A DNA stretch of 64,000 nt from contig CAVYCN010000019.1 in assembly GCA_963767005.1 (NCBI GenBank), forward strand, positions 113,730 through 177,729. The letters are read 5' to 3'. A program made the translations under genes and the position numbers. The stretch comes from an uncultured Actinomycetes bacterium. GTDB taxonomy: Bacteria; Actinomycetota; Thermoleophilia; UBA2241. The notes under the pieces are model-generated. The model was not told where the DNA came from, searched no databases, and saw only the letters and a list, made by a program, of their open reading frames with translations. This document shows, in pieces, positions 35,954 through 44,647 of this stretch; position 1 is the first letter of the stretch; each line of letters starts with the position of its first letter.

Positions 35954-37000
35954 CTAGCTGCCCGCGCCGGCCCGCACCTGGATCATCTCGGCCACGATGC
36001 TGACGGCGAGCTCGGCCGGCGTCTCGGCGCCGATCGGCAGGCCGATCGGCGCGTGCAGGCGAGCGAGGTCGTCGTCGCTGAAGCCCTTCGCGCGCAGAGC
36101 CTCGGCGATGCGCCGCACCTTCGTGCGGCTGGACATGAGGCCCACGTAGCGCGCCGGCGTACGCAGCGCCTGCTCGAGCACGGTCACGTCGTGCGTGTGG
36201 CCGCGGGTCACGATGACGATGTAGCTCTGCTCGTCGACCGGCCGGCGCGAGAGGACAGCCGTCGAACGACGCGATCAGCTCGACCTGGGCGCCGGGGAAC
36301 CGGTCGGGCGCGGCGAACTCCTCGCGGTCGTCGAGCACGAGGACCCGCCAGCCGGCGTTCGCCGCCACCGGGGCGAGCGGCGCGACCGACGTGCCCGGCG
36401 CCGCAGATGATCGCCGTGAGCCGGCGGATCGAACGCCTCGACCACGACCTCGCGAGCCGTCGGGCAGACGCGGCCGTGCCGTGGCATGGCGATCTTGCCG
36501 ACGGTCTTGCGCAGCGTGCCGGCGTCGCACGGGGCGGCGCCGACGACCGTGCCGTCTTCGTGCAGCAGGCAGTGCTCGACGGCGCCGCCGTCGGCCGCCG
36601 GCAGGACGGTGAACAGCCAGGCGCGCCGGCGCGCGGCCTCGGCCGCGCGCATCGCCTCGCAGACCTCGGCCAGCGTCGGATCGCCGGGCGCCATGTAGGC
36701 GATCAGCACCTCGGCGCTGCCGCCGCAGACCATCTCGTCGGCGCTGTCGACGTCCCTGCCGCGCAGGCGAAAGGCCGACGTCTCGGAGCGACCGCGGTCG
36801 AGCACCTCGGCCGCCTGGCGCATCATGGTGGCCTCGAGCAGGCCGCCGCCGATCGTGCCGGCGATCGAGCCGTCGCGGCGCACCAGCATCTCGGCGCCGG
36901 CGGCGCGCGGCGTCGAGCCCTGGTCGCTCACCAGGCGCACCAGCGCCAGGTCGTGGCCGGCCCGCAGCTCCGCCAGCACCTCGTCGACGATCTCCCTCAT
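35954..37000 (-). CDS. XdhC family Moco-enzyme maturation factor (frameshifted)
   Basis: GSTPRAAGAEM, GTIGGG, MVCGG; TRGHTHD, YVGLMSSRTK, PIGLPIGAETPAELAVSI. Confidence 0.9.
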
Positions 37001-38417
37001 CTGACCTCTCTCGTGTCGTTTCCGTCTGCGGCCCGTTGTGACGGGCCGCGTCGCTCGTCGAGCAGGCGCCGCTTGGCGGTGCCGTCGCCGCCGCTCCAGG
37101 GTGGCTCGGCCACCGTGACCGCGACGTGCAGCCGCCCGCTCGCACGGGCGGCGGCGAGCGCGGGCGCGCGCTCGAGGGCGGCGGCGGCGCGGCGGCAGAC
37201 CGCCGCGCCGCCGCCGCCCTCGAGCGCGATCTCGACCGCAAGCCGCTCGCCGTCCTCATCGTCGCCCAAGCGCGCCCGAAAGTCGAGCACGCCGGGAAGC
37301 GCGAACAGCGCCTCGTCGAGGTCGGCCAGGGCGAGGCGTCCGCCGCCGGGCAGCGGCGCGACGTCGGCCAGGCGCGCCCGCACCGGCCCGAGACGGCGCA
37401 GCGCCGAGCCGCACGGGCAGGTCCCGGGCAGGAGCCGCCCCAGGTCGCCGGTGCGGTAGCGGATCAGCGGCATGGCCTCGCGCGTGAGCGTGGTGAAGAC
37501 GACCTCACCCTCCTCGCCGTCCGGCAGCGGCCGTCCGCTCGCGGGTTCGACCACCTCGAACAGCAGGTCGGCCGCGCGCAGGTGCAGGCCCTCATGCGCC
37601 TCGCACTCGACGCCGCCGCCGAGCCCCGTCTCGGTCGTGCCGTAGTGGTCGAACACGCGGCAGCCCCACGCCTGCTCGATCGCGGCCACGAGCGCACGCG
37701 GCGCCTGGTCGGTGCTCAGCAGCACGGTGCGCGGCGCGACCGCCCGGCCCGCGGCCGCGGCGCGCCGCGCCAGGGCGAGCACCTGCACGGGGATGCCGAC
37801 GACGACGGTGACCCGCTCGCGCTCCAGATGGTCGAGCGCGTCGCCTGCGTCGTGCACCGGTCCGTGCAGGACGGGCGTCGCGCCGAGGCGTTCCAGCCCG
37901 AGCCGCAACAGGTCGCCCACCCCGCCGGGCCGCTCGTAGGGCAGCAGCACACCGACGCGGTCGCCGGGCCGGGCGAGCACCGACATCCCGTGACAGAAGA
38001 AGTCGACGGTGAGCTCCAGGTCGGCGACGCTGAAGCGCAGCCGCTTGGGCGGGCCGCTCGTGCCCGACGTCGGCAGGCTCACGATGCGCTCGACCGCGGT
38101 CGCCGGCACGCAGAGCATCCGGTCGCCGTGCTCGCGGATGTCGGCGGCCGTCGTAAACGGCAGCGCGGCGAGGTCGTCGAGCTCGAGGCTCGCCGCCTCG
38201 ACCCCGGCGAGTCGCGTGGCGTAGAAGGGACTGCCGGCCTGCGCCAGGGCGACCGTCACGCGCAGGGCCATGCGCTGATGGCGGCGCATGGCCACGGGGT
38301 CCAGGAGGCCGTCCGCGATGCGCTCGAGGGCGCCGCCGGCAGCGGCCGTCCCGGCCGCACGCCGCCGGCGGCGCGAGCCGCAGCCCACGCGTCGAGCGGC
38401 GTGAGCCGGACGCTCAC
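36997..38417 (-). CDS. Phenylacetate-CoA ligase-like AMP-dependent ligase (DVU_1553-like)
   Basis: TSGTSGPPKR, DHYGTTETG, FTTLTREAMPLIRYRTGD. Confidence 0.85.
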
Positions 38418-39943
38418 GTCCGCCCGCCGGCCAGCCCGCGCCCGCGCGTGTCGGTCAGGTTGAAGGCGCAGAACGGCAGCAGCACGCCGTCGGTACGCAT
38501 GACGTGCAGGTAGCAGTGCGAGAGCCGGTCGAGATCGAGCGTCCAGGCGTCCTGGAAGGCCATGCCGCTCAGGCTGAACGTGTTGCCGCGCACCTGGCGC
38601 AGGATCTCGTCCCACTCCTCTGACCGGGCGGGGCCTTCGACGCCCGGCTGGTCGGCGGCAACGCCCGAGCGGTCGGCCGCGACGCGCGGCGGCGTCGACC
38701 AGCGGCCGGCGACGAGCGCCGCCTTGCGCTCGGGCGCAAGCGCGTCGCCGGAGCCGCAACACGACGACGAGGGCGTCGTCTCGGCCGGCGCCGGCGTGCA
38801 ACAGGATGACGCGGGCGCGGCGTCGACCTCGGCCGGCGCGGGGCCGCAACACGAAGATGAGGGTTGCGCTTCGACCGCAGCCGGCGCGGGGCCGCAGCAC
38901 GAGGCGGGCTCGTGGCGGCGCAGCCGCACGAGGCGGCCGTCGGGCCGGCGCAGGTACTCGGCCTGGAACGAGCAGAGCGCGTGCTCGCAGTCGCCCGGCC
39001 TGAAGTCGTCGAGCGCGATCGCGCCGCGCGACTGCTCGACCAGGGCACGCATGACGTCGGGCAGGGTGACGCGGCGCTCGTCGTCGGGCCGGAAGCGACC
39101 GTCGTAGCGGCCCAGGTGGGCGAGCGGCTGCACATGGACGCCGCGCACCACGGGCAGGTTCGCGAGGGCGAAGTCGAGGATCGCCCCGAGGGCGTCGAGG
39201 TTGACCCCGGCGGCCACCGTCGGCACCAGGACGACGCCGAGGCCGGCCGCGCCGCAGGCCTCGATCGCGCGACGCTTGTCGGCGGCGAGCGGGGCGCCGC
39301 GCAGCGCCAGGTACGGCGCGTCGTCGAGCCCGTCGAACTGCAGGAAGACCGTCGAGAGGCCGGCGGCGGCGAGGGTCGCGGCGTAGCCGGGCGCGCGCGC
39401 CAGGCGCAGGCCGTTGGTGTTCAACTGGATGAACGAGAAGCCGTGGTCGCGACCCCGGGCGACGATCGCCGGCAGGTCGTCGCGCACGGTCGGCTCGCCG
39501 CCCGAGAGCTGCACGTTGCAGCCGGGCGCCGTCTCGACCAGGCGGCGATACCAGTCGTCGACCGTGGCGAGGCTCGGATCGCCGTCGGCGACGCCGGCGG
39601 CCGCATAGCAGACCGGGCACGACAGGTCGCAGCGCGCCGTGACCTCGAGCAGGACGCAGCACACCCCCTGGGCGTGCTCGGTGCAGGTGCCGCAGCTCGC
39701 CGGGCAGGCGGCCGGCGCCGGGTCGACGGGGGCGCCGGCCGCAAGGCCACGCCACGCGTCGTAGTCGGGAGGTCCACGCCAGATCAGCGCCCGCGTGACG
39801 CCGTGCTCGGGACAGCGGCGCTCGAGGTACACCTCGTCGCCGGCGCGGTCGAGCCGCCCCGGCACGCGCGCGAGGCACACCGGGCACACAGTCGCCGTCG
39901 AGCCGGCGAGGACGCCGGTCGCGGAGGCACCGCGGCAGGTCAT
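38414..39943 (-). CDS. Radical SAM protein (TrsS-like) with a Cys-rich repeat insert
   Basis: TVCPVC, CPEHG, CPASCGTCTEH, CDLSCPVC (CxxxCxxC), SGGEP, AFQDAWTLD, PFCAFN. Confidence 0.85.
   Translation of the reverse strand: MTCRGASATGVLAGSTATVCPVCLARVPGRLDRAGDEVYLERRCPEHGVTRALIWRGPPDYDAWRGLAAGAPVDPAPAACPASCGTCTEHAQGVCCVLLEVTARCDLSCPVCYAAAGVADGDPSLATVDDWYRRLVETAPGCNVQLSGGEPTVRDDLPAIVARGRDHGFSFIQLNTNGLRLARAPGYAATLAAAGLSTVFLQFDGLDDAPYLALRGAPLAADKRRAIEACGAAGLGVVLVPTVAAGVNLDALGAILDFALANLPVVRGVHVQPLAHLGRYDGRFRPDDERRVTLPDVMRALVEQSRGAIALDDFRPGDCEHALCSFQAEYLRRPDGRLVRLRRHEPASCCGPAPAAVEAQPSSSCCGPAPAEVDAAPASSCCTPAPAETTPSSSCCGSGDALAPERKAALVAGRWSTPPRVAADRSGVAADQPGVEGPARSEEWDEILRQVRGNTFSLSGMAFQDAWTLDLDRLSHCYLHVMRTDGVLLPFCAFNLTDTRGRGLAGGRT
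38750..38906 (-). repeat. Four imperfect intragenic repeats encoding SCC(G/T)PAPA-type units
   Basis: ASCCGPAPA / SSCCGPAPA / SSCCTPAPA / SSCCGSG; DNA ccggcgcggggccgca recurs. Confidence 0.8.
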
Positions 39944-40365
39944 GGAGCGAGCAGGCCGCGCGCCGCGAGCAGCTGGGCGGCCTCCTCGTAGGTACGGCTC
40001 ACGATCGCCGGGCAGGTCGTGAAGCGCGCCATGGGGTCGCCTTTCAGGATGTCGTCGCACTCGAGCGTGCCGTACTCGTCCTCGAACCACTCGACGAGCT
40101 GCCTGGTGAGCTCGCCGTCGACCGGCGCCGAGCTGCGCAGCGCCATGGCGAGCAGGCCACCGGTGAGCGCGCCGCAGGTGCGACCCGCGAACAGGCCGAG
40201 GCAGAGCGCACCCACGGCGTCGACCATCTGGGCGTTCTCGGCGCCGGTCTCGTCGAGCGCCATCTGCACCATGATCTGCGTGCAGCAGCGCCCGGACAGG
40301 CCGAGCTCGTTCACGCGGCGAGCCACGTCGTCGCTGGCCGGCCGACCGAGACTGCCGTCGCTCAT
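39940..40365 (-). CDS. C-GCAxxG-C-C family redox protein (DVU_1555-like)
   Basis: CCTQ, TCGALTGG, LECDDIL, TCP. Confidence 0.85.
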   Translation of the reverse strand: MSDGSLGRPASDDVARRVNELGLSGRCCTQIMVQMALDETGAENAQMVDAVGALCLGLFAGRTCGALTGGLLAMALRSSAPVDGELTRQLVEWFEDEYGTLECDDILKGDPMARFTTCPAIVSRTYEEAAQLLAARGLLAP

Positions 40366-41099
40366 GTCGCGTCCTCTCCTCTTCGCACCGTGCGTCCGTC
40401 GCAGCGGGCGACACACAGATAGTAGCCGAGACCACCCCCGCCGCGCAGCACTGCCGGCACGGTCGTACGGGCGCTCGCCGTAGCCGCATGGGCGCTCGGC
40501 GCGCGCGTGCCGAGCGCGCCGCTGCCGGCCAGGTCCCACACCAGCCGGGCGAGCACGCTCGAATGGTCCTCCCACGCCTCGACCACGAACCCCCGCTCCG
40601 TCAGCAGGCGCCGCGCGGCGTCGGGGTCGCGGCGCCGGAACAGGTCGTTCACGAGCAGCCGGCCGCCGGGGCGCAGCACGCGGACCCACTCGGCGACGGC
40701 CGCGCCGGGGTCGTCGAGGAGCGACAGCACGCACTCGGCAAGGACGGCGTCGACGCTCGCGTCGGCGAGCGGCAGGCGCGCGGCGGAGCCCTCGCGCAGG
40801 TCGAGGCCGGGACAGCGCTCGCGTCCCTGCCGCAGGAGCGCCGCCGACACGTCGACGCCGACGACGCGCAGGCCGAGGCGGTGAGCGAGGTGCTCGGCGG
40901 TGACGCCATCGCCGCAGCCGACATCGAGCACGACCGCGCCGCGCGGCAGGCGGGCCAGAGCGAGGCCCCGCTCGGTCAGCTCGAGGCCGCCGGGGTGGCG
41001 ACAGCCGCCGGTCAGACCGGGCAGCCCGTCGCCCACACAGACCAGGGGCGCCGTGAGCCCGCAGCCGACCCCGGCGGACGTCGCCCCCGCACCGCTCAC
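40362..41099 (-). CDS. Class I SAM methyltransferase (DVU_1556-like)
   Basis: HPGGLELT, VLDVGCGDG, ECVLS, RVLRPGG, LGYYL. Confidence 0.85.
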   Translation of the reverse strand: MSGAGATSAGVGCGLTAPLVCVGDGLPGLTGGCRHPGGLELTERGLALARLPRGAVVLDVGCGDGVTAEHLAHRLGLRVVGVDVSAALLRQGRERCPGLDLREGSAARLPLADASVDAVLAECVLSLLDDPGAAVAEWVRVLRPGGRLLVNDLFRRRDPDAARRLLTERGFVVEAWEDHSSVLARLVWDLAGSGALGTRAPSAHAATASARTTVPAVLRGGGGLGYYLCVARCDGRTVRRGEDAT

Positions 41100-41902
41100 C
41101 GCTGGCGCGCTCCCGCGCTGCGCCGCTCGGTCTCCGCCGCGCCCGTCCGCGGGCAGCGGCAGTAGACCTTGCGCACGTAGGGCTTCATGCCCGGCGTCGC
41201 GGCGCCGTGGCGCACGACCCGCTCGATCATGGTCGCGTCGATCGGCACGATGCCGGCGAGCACGTCGACCGGCAGGTGCGAGAAGGCCTCGGGCACGAGC
41301 GGCGTGCTCGGCCCCAGCACCAGGGTGCGGACCCGCGGAGCGGTCGCCGCGAGAAGGTCTTCGATGCTGTCGTTCAGGATCGCGGTCGCCGTCACGATCA
41401 GCGCGTCGGCCCACGAGCCGAGCAGCCCGCGGAAGCGTGCGGGGTCGCCCATGCCGAGCGACGAGTCGATCACCTCGAGCTCGGCGCCGAGCCCCGGCAG
41501 CGTGCCGGCGAGCGGCGGGAAGTAGCCCACCATGCAGACGCGCGTGCCGGGCCCGATCTCGAGCAGCCGCAGCGAGCGCGACAGCGGCATGCCGCCGTCG
41601 TCGTCGAAGCCGCTCGCGCGCTCGCGGTTCAGGGCGTTCACCGTCGCGAGGCCGATGCTGCGCTGGAACGGATCGTCGCTCAGCAGGCGCTCGAGCAGCT
41701 CGGCGGCGGGCTCGCCTTCGACGTCGTGGTAGTGATTGGCGAAGGAGCGGGTCTCGCGGCCCTCGAGCCAGGTGAACGACAGGCCCAGGCCACCGTCGCC
41801 GGTCGTCACCACGGTGTAGCCGAGGCCCACGGTGAGCGCCGTCACCGTGGTCGCCTGAGCCAGCGGCAGCGCGGTCTCGTAGAGCCGTTGCGTCAGCAGC
41901 AT
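41096..41902 (-). CDS. DUF364 / Rossmann-like putative metal-binding protein
   Basis: GLGYTVV, SIGLATVNAL, VGYFPP, TATAILN, LGPSTP. Confidence 0.8.
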   Translation of the reverse strand: MLLTQRLYETALPLAQATTVTALTVGLGYTVVTTGDGGLGLSFTWLEGRETRSFANHYHDVEGEPAAELLERLLSDDPFQRSIGLATVNALNRERASGFDDDGGMPLSRSLRLLEIGPGTRVCMVGYFPPLAGTLPGLGAELEVIDSSLGMGDPARFRGLLGSWADALIVTATAILNDSIEDLLAATAPRVRTLVLGPSTPLVPEAFSHLPVDVLAGIVPIDATMIERVVRHGAATPGMKPYVRKVYCRCPRTGAAETERRSAGARQR

Positions 41903-41909
41903 CGGCCGC

Positions 41910-44481
41910 TCACTTGTCCTCGAGCGCAAGTTCGACCTCGCGCATCTGGCCGGTGGCGAGCTCCTCGGAGACGAGGGCGAGGCCGTGCTCGAGGCAGGTC
42001 GGCAGCGTCACCGGAAAGCCGGCCACCAGGTACGAGAGGCTCACCGTGCGCGGCTCGAGCTCGTGGTCGCCGGCCGCGCAGCGAAAGCGCGGCCGCTCGT
42101 CCGGCTCGAAGGCGGCCAGCTCGGGCCAGGGCGGCGGCACGACCTCCATGCGATGGCTGTAGGCGCTCACGACCTCGAAGCGCTCGCCGGCCGCGGCGTA
42201 CTCCACCCAGTAGGTCACGCGACCGATCGTGCGAAAGCCGAGCAGCCGGCCGGTCGCCGGGTCGGCGAAGCGCCGTCCCGTGGCCTCGGAGTGGGCGATC
42301 ACCTGATGGACCTCTTCGGGGCGGATGAAGCGCTGTTCGAGCAGGTCCTCGACTCTCGGCCGAGATGCACGAGCCGCTCGCGCCAGGCGCCATCGCTCGC
42401 GCCTGCTCGCCCCAGAGGTCGGCCAGCAGGCGGCGCTTGAGGAGCGCGCGCGCCTCGGCCCGCTGCGTGAGCAGCGGGCCGCGGCGCCGCGCGCGCTCGT
42501 CGTAGTCGTCGCCGAAGAGCAGGTCGAGCAGGTGGACGGTCGGCTTGCCGCGCTCGACGAAGCGGTCGCGGCACATCGCGCAGTAGGCGAGAAAGTCGGT
42601 CTCCGACGTGCCCACGCGACGGTCGGCGATGAGGTCGGCCATCTCGCGGTTCGCGTAGAGCTGCAGGCCGCCGAAGCCGCAGCACTCGGTGCGCTCGCGC
42701 GACAGGCCGAGCTCCTCGATCTCCGCACCGCAGGCCGCGAGCAGCTCGCGCACGGCGGCCTGCACGCCGGTCTGGTAGCGCGCCGTGCAGGAGTCGTGCA
42801 CGGCCAAGCGGCGCCCCGCCGCCGCGCCGGCCGCGCCGGCCGGCAGCCCGACGTCGCGCAGGACCTCCCACAGGGACACCGTCTCGATGCCGGGCAGGTG
42901 GGCCGCGAAGACCGTCTCGCAGGTCGGGCAGGCGAGGATCACGCGCGGCGTGCCGAGGCTCTCGAGCTGCGCGCGCAGGCCGGCCAGGGCGGCGTCGAAG
43001 ACGCCGCCCTGGCCGGCCCAGTCGGCCGGCGCGCCGCAGCAGTTCAGCACCAGGCCGGTGGCCGGCGAGAAGCGCTCACGCAGGTGGGCGTAGACCCGTT
43101 CCACGCTGCGCGAATCGGAGGCCGCGAGCTGGCAGCCGGGAAAGAACACGGCCGCGCTCGCCTGCGTGCCCGGTGCGTGCCGCGCCAAGGCGAACTGGTC
43201 GCTGCGGGCGAGCTCGAGGTCGCGCAGCGCGCCGTCGAAGTGCGACGCCGGCATGCGCCCCTGGCGCACCATCTCGCGGCGCGCGTCGTGGGTCACCTCG
43301 GCCATGTCCAGGTCGGTCGGGCAGACTTCGTAGCACAGACGGCACATGCTGCACGAGTCGATCATCTTGTTGAGCGAGCGCGTGCCGCGGCCCATCGTGA
43401 CCGTGAGGTTGTTGTAGATGCGGCGCGCGTACAGCCCGGGGTGCGCGCCGAAGGCCTCGAGGTAGGGGCAGACCTTGACGCACTGCAGGCACTCGCACTG
43501 CAGGCAGCGCGCGGCCTCGGCGACGGCCTCGGGACGCGAGTAGCCGGCGGCCGGGTCGGCCGGCTCGGCCGGCGCCCGCGGCTCGACGCCGTCGAGCTTC
43601 ACGACCATGCGCGTGCCGTACGAACCGAAGTCGCCGCGCGAGCCGCCCAGCGACACCCGCTGGAGCTGCCGCTCGATCGACAGGGCGGCGCGACGGCCGT
43701 CGGCGATCGAACCGATCGGCGACCACGGCCCGTCGGGCCGTAGCATGCTGCCGCCGCAGTAGATGTCCGGTTTGCTGGTCGCCAGGGTGACGGGGTCGAC
43801 GGCGATCCGTCCCTGCTCGTCGAGCTCATAACCCAGGGCGGCGCCGGCGTCGGCCTCGGCCGTGCCCATGGCCACGAAGATAGCGTCGACGCCGGGCGCG
43901 AGCTCAGCGAGGGCGTTGGGCTTCGTAGGGTACTCGAGGGCCACCCGCGTGAACGGCACGAACTCGGCGCCCGCCGCCATGACCACGGCGCAGTCGGCTT
44001 CGAGCTCGGCCGCCGGCAGGGCCTCGCCGGCAAGCTCGCGAGCGCGGCCGCCGGGACCGTCGCGCTCCTCGAAGATCACGACCGAGTAACCCTTACGGGC
44101 GAGCTCGTAGGCGCAGGACAGGCCGGCCAGACCGGCGCCGATCACGGCGATGCGGCCGGGCTTCTGGCGACGGAACGTCGTGGCGGGCTTGGGCGGCTCA
44201 CCGTAGGCCACGGCGGCGCGCTCGATGTCGCGCACGCGGATCGCGCCGCCCCGCTCGCCCCGCACGCAGGCCGCCTCACAGGGCGCGTCGCAGCAGCGCG
44301 CGATGACGTGCGGGAAGGGCACGGCCTGCGTGAACAGCCGGCGAGCCTCGGCGAAGCCGTCCCGTGCCGCCGCCGCCAGCAACTCCCTGGCGTCGACGTG
44401 CACCGGGCAGGCCGTCACGCAGGCGGCCGGCTGGTTCTGGATGCACTGCTCCTCGAGTTGCAGCAGCCTCTTCTGGTCCAT
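41910..44481 (-). CDS. Pyridine nucleotide-disulfide oxidoreductase/dicluster Fe-S/CCG protein with a C-terminal DVU_1557-like domain (frameshift ~42360)
   Basis: CVTACPVH, CEAAC, GAGLAG, CLQCECLQC...C, CSMCRLC...C, CCG motifs, AYSHRM, ...VELALEDK. Confidence 0.82.
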
Positions 44482-44647
44482 GACACATCCACTGTTACAG
44501 ACATGGCCGGCCGGCGCACCTCCCGCGGGGGCACGCCGGCCGGCCGGAGCGCCGGCCGCCTGGCGGCGGCCGGCGCGGACTTACCGTGCCGCCGATCGAC
44601 TTCGTCGTCGGCGCTCAGGCATGCGCGGCTTCGCTGCGTGCCTCGCC

